From an uncultured Eubacteriales bacterium (lineage in GTDB: Bacteria > Bacillota_I > Bacilli_A > RF39 > UBA660): DNA of 52,604 bases. Below are positions 38,621 to 49,319 of the stretch, in pieces. A program made the translations under genes and the position numbers. The notes under the pieces were generated by a model that was not told the origin of the DNA, did not search any database, and saw only the letters and a program-made list of their open reading frames with translations. The stretch covers positions 1-52,604 of the forward strand of contig OMST01000064.1 of assembly GCA_900313815.1 (NCBI GenBank). Direction: 5' to 3'. Each line of letters begins with the position of its first letter. Within the stretch, counting starts at the first letter, position 1.

Positions 38621-41053
38621 TTATAAATCAGTTCTACTTAGTATTTGAGCAGGTCTTTTCCTCATTGTTTTTCTAACTGGTAATAAGCCCACCAATAAAT
38701 TAAATATATAAATAAACACTATTGTCACAAGTACTGTATTAGTATTAACCATAAATTTGTCACTAATTGTTTCTATAAATGATAATTGATATAAACTATA
38801 TGACATTAATGCTACTCCAAGTAGAGATGCTATAGTAGTTATTGCAATTATTTCACCACTAAACATCTTATAAATATCTATTTTTTTCATTCCAATTGCT
38901 CTATAAATTCCCACTTCCTTAATTCTAGATAAGAATGAAGATCTAACCATTAAATATATTTCTATTAATGAAACAATTAAAACAATAATAACAAATATTA
39001 AACTGCTCTTAAAGTCATCTTTTCTTTTAACAATATATTTATTTCTACTATACTCATAAGAGTCTTTAATATTTAATCCTTCTTCTTTATATTTATTTAA
39101 TGCCACTTCTTTGTCTTTAGGATAGAATATTAAATTAGAACTTTTTGTAATTAATTCATATTTAACAGTATTATTACTTGTTAAGTATAAGTTAATATTA
39201 TTATCAGTAGTATAATAACCAACTACTTTTAGTTTTATATCATTAACTTTATAATCCAATTGTTTATTTAACTTATATACATCTTTATAATCATAATTTA
39301 TAATAACTTCATAATCAGAATCCGGCCAGTTACCCTTTTTTAAACTTATTTTATCTTTATATAAATTATAATCATATATTTTATTTTGATTTTCTTGTGT
39401 ATTTTCAAAGAAATCATCATTGTCTGTATCTTTATTATTTATAATTAAATTAGTAAATTCACTTTCATAGGTATATATACTTGGACTAGTTTTATCTACT
39501 ACACCAACGATTACATACCCTTCTAAGTTACCAACATAAAACTTCCTATTAAATAAATCTTCAGGTTTTGTAATACCAATATATTTACCTTGAGATTCTT
39601 TTCTATAATTAGTAAATACTTTCTTATCAATTACAATTTCTTTGTTATTAGAAGGCATTCTACCAGATATAATATCCTTTTCACTAATCATATTAATACT
39701 AGATAAAGAACCTTTTATATTATCTACTGTTCCACTTACTTGATAATAATCATCATATTTAACATTAAATTGTATTTTTGAATTTCCCACTAAAACATAA
39801 TTTATGTTTTCATCTTTTTCATATTTTAGAAAATCATCAACTTTTATTTTCTTTGAATTTACTATTAAATAATTTTGATTAGTATCTACAAATTTATTAT
39901 CATCTATATTATTAATTCCAAATAAAGAAGATATTGAATATGTGATAAACATCGCAGACGCAAAGAAACCCAATAATAATATTTTCTTAATAATAGTATA
40001 ATCCCTAACTTTTCTAAAGCCATTTATTATCAACGAAAATGGATTTAATATAGAAGAATATTTCTTTTTATAATTTTTATTTATTATTTCATCAAAATCA
40101 AATTTATACTCTTCATATACAGATTTAGATAATTTCTTATAATGATCGTTAACAAGTTCAATACTTGATGTAGAATCAACTATTTCTATTTTTTGATTAT
40201 TTAAACTTTCTATATAAATATTTCCATTTTGAACTACTATGTTTATATTTAAATCTTTATTATTATCAGAATAATAATTAATATGTATATCATCTTTTCC
40301 ATATTCAGTTTTATTTTTAAAATCTTGAAGATATATTTTATTATCCATTCTGTAATCTAAATCATTATTATGATCATTCTTTTCATCACTAATTATTTTC
40401 CCATCTTCTATTCTAATTATTCTAGTTGCATAAAAATCAGCAAGTTCAGTTTCATGAGTTACTAAAATAACTAATCTATCTTTAGAAATGGCTTTTATTA
40501 TGTTCATAACTTCAATAGTATTTTTACTATCTAAATTGCCTGTTGGTTCATCAGCTATAATTATGCTTGGATCTTTAACTATAGCTCTTGCTATGCCTAC
40601 TCTTTGTCTTTCTCCACCAGATAACATACCAGCATATCTATTTCTATATCTGTACATCCCAACTTTCTCTAAAACATAATTTACTCTCTTTTTAATTTCT
40701 TTTTTATTTTTAATACCACATATCTTTAAGACTAATGCAACATTATCAAAAACACTTATATCATCTATTAAAAGATAATCTTGAAAAATATACCCTATTT
40801 CAATATTTCTTATTTTATCTACATAAGACATTCTTTTCTTAGCTATCTTTTTACCGTTAATATATATCTTTCCGCTATTAATTTTATCAAGTCCACCTAT
40901 AGCATTTAATAAAGTTGTTTTACCACATCCAGATGGACCTAAAAGCGCCACTAAACCTTTATCATCTAGTTCAACAGAAGTGTCATTAATAACATGTATT
41001 TGATTTCTTTTATGTCTATTAAAATATTTATTAACATGTTCTAACTTTATCAT
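38621..41053 (-). CDS. fused ABC ATPase plus FtsX/MacB-type permease
   Basis: N-terminal Walker A GPSGCGKTT, LSGGERQRVGIAR, IADEPTG. Then a TM, a ~300-aa external domain and a C-terminal 3-TM FtsX-like block. Confidence 0.85.
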   Translation of the reverse strand: MIKLEHVNKYFNRHKRNQIHVINDTSVELDDKGLVALLGPSGCGKTTLLNAIGGLDKINSGKIYINGKKIAKKRMSYVDKIRNIEIGYIFQDYLLIDDISVFDNVALVLKICGIKNKKEIKKRVNYVLEKVGMYRYRNRYAGMLSGGERQRVGIARAIVKDPSIIIADEPTGNLDSKNTIEVMNIIKAISKDRLVILVTHETELADFYATRIIRIEDGKIISDEKNDHNNDLDYRMDNKIYLQDFKNKTEYGKDDIHINYYSDNNKDLNINIVVQNGNIYIESLNNQKIEIVDSTSSIELVNDHYKKLSKSVYEEYKFDFDEIINKNYKKKYSSILNPFSLIINGFRKVRDYTIIKKILLLGFFASAMFITYSISSLFGINNIDDNKFVDTNQNYLIVNSKKIKVDDFLKYEKDENINYVLVGNSKIQFNVKYDDYYQVSGTVDNIKGSLSSINMISEKDIISGRMPSNNKEIVIDKKVFTNYRKESQGKYIGITKPEDLFNRKFYVGNLEGYVIVGVVDKTSPSIYTYESEFTNLIINNKDTDNDDFFENTQENQNKIYDYNLYKDKISLKKGNWPDSDYEVIINYDYKDVYKLNKQLDYKVNDIKLKVVGYYTTDNNINLYLTSNNTVKYELITKSSNLIFYPKDKEVALNKYKEEGLNIKDSYEYSRNKYIVKRKDDFKSSLIFVIIVLIVSLIEIYLMVRSSFLSRIKEVGIYRAIGMKKIDIYKMFSGEIIAITTIASLLGVALMSYSLYQLSFIETISDKFMVNTNTVLVTIVFIYIFNLLVGLLPVRKTMRKRPAQILSRTDL

Positions 41054-41055
41054 TA

Positions 41056-43251
41056 TTACACCTCTTCTCTATATGCGTTCATAGCACTATTTTTAAATAT
41101 CTTTCTAGAATATCTAGAAGCTATTAAAAGTGTCATAATCATTAAAACAACATACATAATTGCATAATGAGATAATTTACAATAAGAAGATAATTCATAT
41201 ATAAGTGGTGATTTTATTATCTTATAGTTAATTAATACTATAAATGCTATAAAGATAATATAAGAAATATGTGACATAATTAATAATTCTATATTTAATA
41301 AATCATTAGTTGTTTTAGATGAAGCACCAAGTATTCTAATTGTAGAATAATAAATATTTCTAGATTTTAATATTAATCTTATTATAAAGTATGCTATAAA
41401 GAATAATACAAATATTAATACAGATATCACAACTACTTTAACTATTTTCATTATTCTTACAAATGTTTCGCCTTCACCAAATATCACATCAGGAAGATAT
41501 AATGTTTTTATGTCTAAAGCTTCTAATTCACTTATAGTATCTCTAGCTTCTTTAGGATTTTTAACAAATACACTGCTTTGATAATATCCTTTATTAAATA
41601 AATCATTATAATCATTATCATTTATAAATATCGCACCATTATAAGTATCATAGTTATATCCAGTTAGTCTATTAAATGTTTTTTTAGAATATGTATCGGA
41701 AACAGTAAAATATTTATCATATTCATAATAAATAGTCTTTACATGTAGTTTAAATTCTTTATCCTTACATCTGCTTTTGGGACATACATATGACCAATCA
41801 GGAATTACTACTCTACCAGAAGGTACTTTAGAACTAGGTATTATTTCATTATTTATCCCATATAAATATGATTCACCGCTAATACTATAGAATTTAAAGT
41901 TTAATGATGTATTTTGCTTATTAACATAATTACCTATATCATTTTGTATTTTATCACTTATATAAACTTTATAATCATAATCATCTATTATTACAATACC
42001 ACTAATAATTATTTCATAATCTTGTTTAGTTGTATAATTATGTAGATCATCAATAATTGCTTTACTACCAACAATATTACTTTTCCTATCATATTCATAT
42101 GGAGCCATTGTGATAACTATTTCATTATCATTTGTAGGTAATTCTCCATAATCAACTTTTTTAAGTTCCTTAGAATTATAAACATTTCCATAAAAATAAT
42201 AATTATCAAGTGATACACTAATATATTGATCTACTAACAAATCATTTTTAACTATACTATCAACATTACTTAATTTATTTATTTTTTCATAATCTTCATC
42301 AGTAAATGCAGTTTTATCATTCTTCTTTATAATTATTCTTTTATCGCTTGTATTATTAAAGAAATAACTATAACCAAAAATATCACTATCATAATCTGCT
42401 TCTGAGAAAGCGGCATATGCAAAGAATAATGCAAATACTACAAATAAATATACAAACGTTATTAATAAGAATTTAATAGGTATATTAAATGTATTTCTAA
42501 TTCCTAATAACAGTTTATTAAAAGGTCTTATATTAGAATATTGTCTTTTTGCTATTTCTATGTCTTTATTATATTCTTTTATTTTTTTATCCTCTAATAC
42601 TCTTCCATCATGCATAGTTATTTTTCTAGTAACATATTCTTCTATTTGATCATAATTATGAGTTACCACTATTACTAGTTTGTCTTGAGATACTTCATGT
42701 AGTAATTTAAGAACACTTTCAGATGATTTTTTATCCAAATTGCCTGTTGGTTCATCAGCTAAAATAATTGGAGTATCGCTAGCCAAAGCTCTAGCAATTG
42801 CAACTCTTTGTTTTTGACCACCAGATAATTTAGATACCTTTTTATTTTTATATCTAAAAAGATCAACTTTTTTTAATATATCAATTACTTTATCTTTGGC
42901 TTCTTTTTTCTTCATGCCATTTAATAAAAGAATTAATTCTACATTTTGATAAACAGTATAACTATTAACTAAATTAAAATTTTGAAATATATTTCCTATA
43001 TATTTCTTACGATATATTTCATAATCTTTTTCGGTATAATGACTAGTTTCATTTCCAAAGATATACATTTCTCCTTCTTCATATGAATCTAATCCAGAAA
43101 TAACATTTAATAATGTAGATTTGCCACTTCCACTTTCTCCTGTTATAGCAACAAATTCACCTACATTAAATTTAAGAGATACTTTAGTAAATCCAGAAGA
43201 TACCATACCTTTGTTATAATAAAATTTTGAAACGTTCTTTAGCTCTAGCAT
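41056..43251 (-). CDS. fused ABC ATPase plus FtsX/MacB-type permease (paralog)
   Basis: GESGSGKST, LSGGQKQRVAIAR, LADEPTG, and the same architecture as 38621..41053. Confidence 0.85.
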   Translation of the reverse strand: MLELKNVSKFYYNKGMVSSGFTKVSLKFNVGEFVAITGESGSGKSTLLNVISGLDSYEEGEMYIFGNETSHYTEKDYEIYRKKYIGNIFQNFNLVNSYTVYQNVELILLLNGMKKKEAKDKVIDILKKVDLFRYKNKKVSKLSGGQKQRVAIARALASDTPIILADEPTGNLDKKSSESVLKLLHEVSQDKLVIVVTHNYDQIEEYVTRKITMHDGRVLEDKKIKEYNKDIEIAKRQYSNIRPFNKLLLGIRNTFNIPIKFLLITFVYLFVVFALFFAYAAFSEADYDSDIFGYSYFFNNTSDKRIIIKKNDKTAFTDEDYEKINKLSNVDSIVKNDLLVDQYISVSLDNYYFYGNVYNSKELKKVDYGELPTNDNEIVITMAPYEYDRKSNIVGSKAIIDDLHNYTTKQDYEIIISGIVIIDDYDYKVYISDKIQNDIGNYVNKQNTSLNFKFYSISGESYLYGINNEIIPSSKVPSGRVVIPDWSYVCPKSRCKDKEFKLHVKTIYYEYDKYFTVSDTYSKKTFNRLTGYNYDTYNGAIFINDNDYNDLFNKGYYQSSVFVKNPKEARDTISELEALDIKTLYLPDVIFGEGETFVRIMKIVKVVVISVLIFVLFFIAYFIIRLILKSRNIYYSTIRILGASSKTTNDLLNIELLIMSHISYIIFIAFIVLINYKIIKSPLIYELSSYCKLSHYAIMYVVLMIMTLLIASRYSRKIFKNSAMNAYREEV

Positions 43252-43284
43252 ATCACACCTCCCTCATATATCATATAAATTATA

Positions 43285-43965
43285 TCAAATTTTTAATGAT
43301 TTTAAATAGTCTTTTCTATTATTATCTATTCTATAACTTTCAATAGATTTTTGTATTGATTTATTATGTATCCATTTATTCTTTATTTTCTTATTTTCAA
43401 ATATATCTATAGTAGAATCATATTGCTTTACTAATGCAAAACTATAATACCAAGCTATAGCCATGTTAACATAATAACTATCATATTTTATTGAACTAAC
43501 TAACTTATTATTCTTTTTTATATACTTAGAATCATTTAAATAGAATTTTAATAAAGACACAACTGCATATCTTATGGTATATTCTTTATTACTTTTAATC
43601 CATTTTTCAATATATGAATATACGTAATCTAAATTGTTTTTAAATACTTTAGGATTTATAGTATCACATACTGCCCAATTATCTATATATGGTAAAAACA
43701 ATTCTAATTCCTCTAATACACTATTAATATCTTTATTTAACGATATTAAAAAACCATGTAATATATTTTCTTCATGATATTTATGAGGTAAATCACTTAT
43801 AAAAGTATTTCTAAGTTTAGAATCTTTATTTATCTCTTTAGCATATTTGCTTATGATAGGTAATCTTACTCCTATAATATTATTTACTCCAGGAATACTT
43901 TTTGATGTAAAATCTTTATACTTTAAATCTTGATTTTTAAATAAATAATTAACTATATCTTTCAT
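43285..43965 (-). CDS. DNA alkylation repair protein (AlkD-like HEAT-repeat family)
   Basis: 226 aa, helical repeats, NWAVCDT motif. Family recognised from memory. Confidence 0.5.
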   Translation of the reverse strand: MKDIVNYLFKNQDLKYKDFTSKSIPGVNNIIGVRLPIISKYAKEINKDSKLRNTFISDLPHKYHEENILHGFLISLNKDINSVLEELELFLPYIDNWAVCDTINPKVFKNNLDYVYSYIEKWIKSNKEYTIRYAVVSLLKFYLNDSKYIKKNNKLVSSIKYDSYYVNMAIAWYYSFALVKQYDSTIDIFENKKIKNKWIHNKSIQKSIESYRIDNNRKDYLKSLKI

Positions 43966-44097
43966 AATTTAATTATAACAAATTAATCAATAAAAAAGAA
44001 TGTTTATAAACTAATAACACTCTTTTATAAGTAATAAATAACTAGTTTGTAAAAACATTATTTTATTGATATAATAATTAAGAAAGAAGTTGATATT

Positions 44098-44658
44098 ATG
44101 AATTTTAAAATGATTAAATGGGATAGCAATATTAATAATTTAGTTTTTTTAGCTTTGGGAATTTTATTGTTAATATTTCCAGAATTATCTATGAATACAG
44201 CTAGTTACTTAATAGCAAGCGTACTTCTAATATCGGGAGTAAATTATTTGTTTAGAATGTATAAGAACAAAGATTCTATTACTAATGGAGATATCCTATA
44301 TTTAATAATCAGCATTGGCGCAATAGTACTTAGTATATCAATATTTGTAAGTCCATTATGGATTATAAATCTTATTAATATATTATTGGGTGTAATATTA
44401 ATAATTAGTTCAATTATAAATTTAAAAAATTTAATATCTTTTAAAAAGAATAGAACTAAATCATGGTATGTATATCTAGTAATTATATTATTAATTTTAA
44501 TAGCAGGTATAATAATCGTTATAAAACCTATTAGTCTTGCTAAAATAATTGTTCAAATAGCTGGTGTTGCTTTAATAATTAATTCATTATCAACATATTT
44601 CTTATCTAGAAAAATTAATAAATTTTTACTTATAGAAAATAAAAACAGTGATAATTAA
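44098..44658 (+). CDS. small polytopic membrane protein (HdeD/DUF308-like?)
   Basis: 186 aa with about six TM helices in paired repeats. Confidence 0.4.
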   Translation: MNFKMIKWDSNINNLVFLALGILLLIFPELSMNTASYLIASVLLISGVNYLFRMYKNKDSITNGDILYLIISIGAIVLSISIFVSPLWIINLINILLGVILIISSIINLKNLISFKKNRTKSWYVYLVIILLILIAGIIIVIKPISLAKIIVQIAGVALIINSLSTYFLSRKINKFLLIENKNSDN

Positions 44659-44667
44659 TTCACTGTT

Positions 44668-45294
44668 TTATTTTGTACCATAAACTCTATCTCCAGCATC
44701 TCCTAGTCCTGGTAAAATATATCCAACTTCATTTAATTCTCTATCTACACTGGCAGTATATATTTTAACATCTGGATGTGCTTCTTGTAGTTTTTTAATT
44801 CCTATTGGAGAAGATATTACACATAAGAATTTTATTTTCTTAACACCATCTTTTTTTAATCTATTTATTGTAGCTATAGCACTGCCTCCAGTGGCTAGCA
44901 TTGGATCAAGTACTAATACTTCTCTTTTTTTAATATTCTCTGGCATTTTATAATAATACTCTACAGGCTCTAGTGTTTCTTCATTTCTATATAAACCAAT
45001 GTGCCCTATTTTAGCATTAGGCATTACTTTAATAATGCCATCTACCATACTCATACCAGCTCTTAGAATCGGAACAAATGCATAATTATCTTCATTCAAA
45101 CATTTAGTTTTATATTTTTCTAATGGAGTTTCTATAATAGTATTTTCTAATTTAGCATCTTTTAAAGCTTCATAACATAATAGTATAGCTATTTCTCCAA
45201 CTAGTTCCCTAAATTTTTTAGTACCAGTGTTTTTATCTCTTAATATTGATAATTTATGAGTTATTAATGGATGTTTTAATACTACTTCTTTCAT
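44668..45294 (-). CDS. upp: uracil phosphoribosyltransferase
   Basis: [20 protein letters not shown] loop [13 protein letters not shown]-terminal [12 protein letters not shown]. Confidence 0.95.
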   Translation of the reverse strand: MKEVVLKHPLITHKLSILRDKNTGTKKFRELVGEIAILLCYEALKDAKLENTIIETPLEKYKTKCLNEDNYAFVPILRAGMSMVDGIIKVMPNAKIGHIGLYRNEETLEPVEYYYKMPENIKKREVLVLDPMLATGGSAIATINRLKKDGVKKIKFLCVISSPIGIKKLQEAHPDVKIYTASVDRELNEVGYILPGLGDAGDRVYGTK

Positions 45295-46574
45295 TTTCTT
45301 TCCTCTGGAATAACTAGATTTAAGATTATACCTATAATTGCTGCTAAAGACATACCAGAAATAGATACAGATATATTTTTAGTTATTATTGATATAGCTG
45401 CTCCACCTAATCCTAGAACTAACATTGTAGACGCTACTATAATATTTTTTGTATTACTAAAATCTACTTGATTTTGAATTAATATTTTTAAACCATTTAC
45501 TGAGATAAATCCATATAGTAATATTGCTACTCCACCAAGTACTGGTGTTGGTATTGATGAAATTACTGCTGTTAGATTTCCTAAGAATCCAAATATTATT
45601 GCTATAATAGCTGCTAAACCTGTTACCCATACAGAAGCAACTTTAGTCATACCAACTACTGATGTATTTTCTCCATATGTTGTATTAGCAGGTCCTCCAA
45701 TTAAACCGGCTGCTAATGTTGCAACTCCATCTCCCATTAATGTTCTATCCAATCCTGGATCTTCAATTAAATCTTTATCTATTATAGAACCAAGTACTTT
45801 ATGATCTCCTATATGTTCTGATATTGTAACTAATGCTATTGGAACTATTGTTAATAATGCTCCAAAATTTAATTTATAATGAATGAATGGTATATAGAAA
45901 CTTGGCATATTTAAAAATTTAGAACTAGCTATACCACTATAATCTACTATACCCAATATCATAGATGCTATATATCCAGCAACTATACCTATTAAGAATG
46001 GAATAACTTTTAAGAATCCTTTCCCTCTTACTGATACAAGTGCTGTTGTTAAAAATGCTATTAATGCAACAACTACATTTTTCCAAGGTATACTTTCCAA
46101 ATTAAGACCAATTTCTTCTACAGCAGTTGGTGCTAAAGAAAGACCTATAATCATAATCATTGGTCCAACTATAATAGGGGGTAACAATTTGTTAAGCCAT
46201 TTCTTTCCCGCAAATTTGATTATTAGTGCTACTAATACATAAACTAGACCTACTGCCATAATTGCAGTAAATACACTGGCTTTCCCGCTTTTAGCAAATG
46301 CTACAGCCATTGGTGTAATAAAAGCAAATGAACTACCTAAATACACTGGACTTTTTCCTTTAGTGCATAAGATATAAATAAGTGTACCAATGCCAGATGA
46401 TACAAGAGCAACTGGAATTGATAATACTTCACTTCCCGCAGCATTATTAACTAGTATAGGTACTAATATGGTTGCACCGAACATAGCAAATACATGTTGC
46501 ATTGATAATAATATCCATTTTAAAATGGGTGGTTTGTCATTGACATCAAGTAACATTTTACTGTTTTTCTTCAT
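45291..46574 (-). CDS. pyrP: uracil permease (NCS2 family)
   Basis: 427 aa polytopic protein with NCS2-type motifs (…[12 protein letters not shown]…). Overlaps upp by 4 nt. Confidence 0.85.
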   Translation of the reverse strand: MKKNSKMLLDVNDKPPILKWILLSMQHVFAMFGATILVPILVNNAAGSEVLSIPVALVSSGIGTLIYILCTKGKSPVYLGSSFAFITPMAVAFAKSGKASVFTAIMAVGLVYVLVALIIKFAGKKWLNKLLPPIIVGPMIMIIGLSLAPTAVEEIGLNLESIPWKNVVVALIAFLTTALVSVRGKGFLKVIPFLIGIVAGYIASMILGIVDYSGIASSKFLNMPSFYIPFIHYKLNFGALLTIVPIALVTISEHIGDHKVLGSIIDKDLIEDPGLDRTLMGDGVATLAAGLIGGPANTTYGENTSVVGMTKVASVWVTGLAAIIAIIFGFLGNLTAVISSIPTPVLGGVAILLYGFISVNGLKILIQNQVDFSNTKNIIVASTMLVLGLGGAAISIITKNISVSISGMSLAAIIGIILNLVIPEERK

Positions 46575-46605
46575 AAATTCCTCCTTCTAAAAACAATAAT
46601 TTGAG

Positions 46606-46636
46606 CAAAAAAAAATCTCATCAATAAATGATGAGA
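46606..46636 (-). terminator. strong intrinsic terminator 32 nt upstream of the pyrP start (leader attenuator or terminator of the upstream gene)
   Basis: 8-bp stem, tctcatca (46616-46623) with tgatgaga (46629-46636). Nine U follow on the minus strand (A-run 46607-46615). Confidence 0.75.
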
Positions 46637-46768
46637 CTAAATAACAATAAAATTAACAGCAGAGCTATCAACAAAATTAAATGATAAGTTTTCAACCATT
46701 AATTCATTCATTCTTTTTTTCCTCTTTTACAAGAGTAACATACATTTATATAAAATGCAAGAATTTTT

Positions 46769-47635
46769 TTATAATCTTTTAGCTAAAGCTTTTTTCTTCT
46801 CTGTCCAAGGTATAAATATATCTAAATCTATATCATCAAATTGTTTAAAGTATTCTATATCTTGATCATTCATTTCATAGATTTCTCCATTACGAGAAGA
46901 ATCCGTTGATAATGTTGCACTATTAGGTTTTAATAGCAAATGTAATTTACCATCTCTATACCAATAATCACGATTAGAATCATAAGCTAAATAATTTACT
47001 TTTCTACATTTATTACTTTCAATTTTAAATCCTTTTATAAATTCTGATACTTCTTTTGGATGAGATTCAAACATTCTTATAAATTTTATTAAATCTTCCA
47101 TAGTATAATTGCTAGGCATAACAAATTCTATTAATTCATTATCTCCTGTACCTGATTTTAATGATTCAGAAGAATACTCTTTAAGATGAGCTCTTCCTAG
47201 TGTATGCTGCACTGCAGAATACATAACATCAAATCTGCCATCATTTATAAATGATTCTCCAAAATAATTTCTACAATTATGTAAATGATAAATATAATCC
47301 CCATTCTTAGTGTGAACTATATCACCTATTACTCTAGCAAATATTTTATCATTATGAATAACAGAAAAAGTTTTAAATTCTCTATTATTATCCACATAAT
47401 CTATATGAAGTCTATTGCTGCCATATTGGTATATTTTTAATGATTTGTCATCTTCTTCTAAAAGCATTGTAGGCTCATAAGGTGGTTTAGAAAACTGAGC
47501 TTTTTCTAAATCAAAATCATCAAAATTAACTCCAACTACATTTAACATATCTTTTAATTCTTTTTGTACTATATCACTTGCAAAATCCCCATTATATTCT
47601 TTTAACATTTTGCATATTACTTCTATCTTGTTCAT
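46769..47635 (-). CDS. hypothetical cytoplasmic protein
   Basis: 288-codon ORF, divergent from the effector-like operon. No motif recognised. Confidence 0.65.
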   Translation of the reverse strand: MNKIEVICKMLKEYNGDFASDIVQKELKDMLNVVGVNFDDFDLEKAQFSKPPYEPTMLLEEDDKSLKIYQYGSNRLHIDYVDNNREFKTFSVIHNDKIFARVIGDIVHTKNGDYIYHLHNCRNYFGESFINDGRFDVMYSAVQHTLGRAHLKEYSSESLKSGTGDNELIEFVMPSNYTMEDLIKFIRMFESHPKEVSEFIKGFKIESNKCRKVNYLAYDSNRDYWYRDGKLHLLLKPNSATLSTDSSRNGEIYEMNDQDIEYFKQFDDIDLDIFIPWTEKKKALAKRL

Positions 47636-47777
47636 CTTTATACTCCCTATTTTTTAATTATAACCCAATTATATAAATAATTCAAATCAATTATATAGTT
47701 TTAAATGGAATTTTAGATATTCATATGCTATACTTAATATAGTATGGAAAATAATGATATATATGAGGTGAACTAAT

Positions 47778-48062
47778 ATGAGGTATACTGAAGTTAAAGC
47801 TGATGCCGAAGAAATATATTCAGTAATTAATAATAGTGTTATTACTGTTACCCCAATTGATTATAGTAGCGAATGGCTAACCACGACTTGTGTTGATTCA
47901 ATATATGCTGAAATTAATAGTTGTGTTGATGATTTTAATTCACTAGTTGAAAGTATTAAGAGTTATGCCACAGGATTAGAAAATATATCTAGTGTTAATC
48001 CTCCAGATATAGATAATTCAGTTGATAATAAATATACAAAAATAAATAGAGAACTCAAATAA
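47778..48062 (+). CDS. small helical protein (WXG100/Lap-like size class), unknown
   Basis: 94 aa, GAGG RBS, first of three consecutive ~100-aa ORFs. Confidence 0.6.
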   Translation: MRYTEVKADAEEIYSVINNSVITVTPIDYSSEWLTTTCVDSIYAEINSCVDDFNSLVESIKSYATGLENISSVNPPDIDNSVDNKYTKINRELK

Positions 48063-48096
48063 TTATTATTTTAGGTAAAAACTATAAGAGGTAAAA

Positions 48097-48426
48097 ATGA
48101 AAAGAGTTATAAAATATAATTACATGGCTGATAATATAGCATTTATCAATAATATGTTATTGGAACTAAATACTGCAAAAAATAGATTAATAAATAATAT
48201 TAACTTAATTGAAGAATATTATCAGGGTGAAGATGGCAAAAAAATAATGAATACATATTTAAACAAAGTAACTTTAATAGACAAATATATTCATAACATT
48301 GATAGATATTTGAGTTATTTTAAATGGCTTATTGGAGAATATAGATATAATCAACAGATCACTAATAATAAAATGTTAGCAGAATTTAAGAGTGATATTT
48401 CAAACATTACAAATTTTGGAGAATAA
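48097..48426 (+). CDS. small helical protein, unknown
   Basis: 109 aa, AGAGG RBS, heptad-like N/I/L-rich sequence. Confidence 0.6.
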   Translation: MKRVIKYNYMADNIAFINNMLLELNTAKNRLINNINLIEEYYQGEDGKKIMNTYLNKVTLIDKYIHNIDRYLSYFKWLIGEYRYNQQITNNKMLAEFKSDISNITNFGE

Positions 48427-48451
48427 GTTTTATAGGAGGTAAATTATTAAT

Positions 48452-48763
48452 ATGGCAAAAAAAAATTCAGATAATAAAGTATACATTGAAACAACTTTAC
48501 TTATGAATTTAATAAAAGAATTAGAAAACAATAATGAAGAAATAGTTTCAAAAATAAAAGACATTAATAACAAATTTATAGACTTAGATATGGCAAAATG
48601 GAATTCTCCTGAAAGAAAAAAATATGATGATATTTTTATTCCTTATATAAAAGCAAAAGAACAAAGTATAAATGATAATTTAAGTAACTGCATTAAAAAT
48701 TTAAATACTGCAAGAAATAATTATGTTCAATTAGAAAACACAAATAACAATTTTAAAGACTAA
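48452..48763 (+). CDS. small helical protein, unknown
   Basis: 103 aa, AGGAGG RBS. Confidence 0.6.
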   Translation: MAKKNSDNKVYIETTLLMNLIKELENNNEEIVSKIKDINNKFIDLDMAKWNSPERKKYDDIFIPYIKAKEQSINDNLSNCIKNLNTARNNYVQLENTNNNFKD

Positions 48764-48780
48764 ATTATGGAGATAAAAAA

Positions 48781-49317
48781 ATGAAAGAAAAAGCAATTAA
48801 TAAAACTATATCAGCAAATGAAATAAGTGTTGAAGAAGATATTAAAAATCAAATAGAGCATGATAATAAGAAACTTGCTTACAATTATTATTTAATAAAA
48901 GAAAAAAAAGAATTATATGATATAGATTTTGTAGACTTTTATAGAAATGGGAAAATAATAATTAGAAATCATATATACAAAACATCTGATTTGTTTTTAG
49001 AATTTGGATTATCAAATAATGAAGAATCATTATTTTTAGTATATTATGCTTTTCCCCAAAAAGACGTATTAACACAAAAAGAAAAAAGAAACTTTAAACG
49101 AACAAATGTAATAGAATTTAGATCATCTACTGTATTCTACAAAATTTATAATGAATATAAAAATAATATAAAAGATAATACTTTAATTATAAATGATGAT
49201 AATATAGCAAAGATAGATAGAATTGCACATTCATCTGATGGAACTAAACATACAGAAACGCCAGAAACAGCATATGGCAGAGTTAAGCCAAGATTTATAA
49301 CACAAGGAGATTTATAA
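48781..49317 (+). CDS. hypothetical protein
   Basis: 178 aa. Its stop lies 2 nt before the ATG of the 497-aa gene. Confidence 0.6.
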   Translation: MKEKAINKTISANEISVEEDIKNQIEHDNKKLAYNYYLIKEKKELYDIDFVDFYRNGKIIIRNHIYKTSDLFLEFGLSNNEESLFLVYYAFPQKDVLTQKEKRNFKRTNVIEFRSSTVFYKIYNEYKNNIKDNTLIINDDNIAKIDRIAHSSDGTKHTETPETAYGRVKPRFITQGDL

Positions 49318-49319
49318 TA

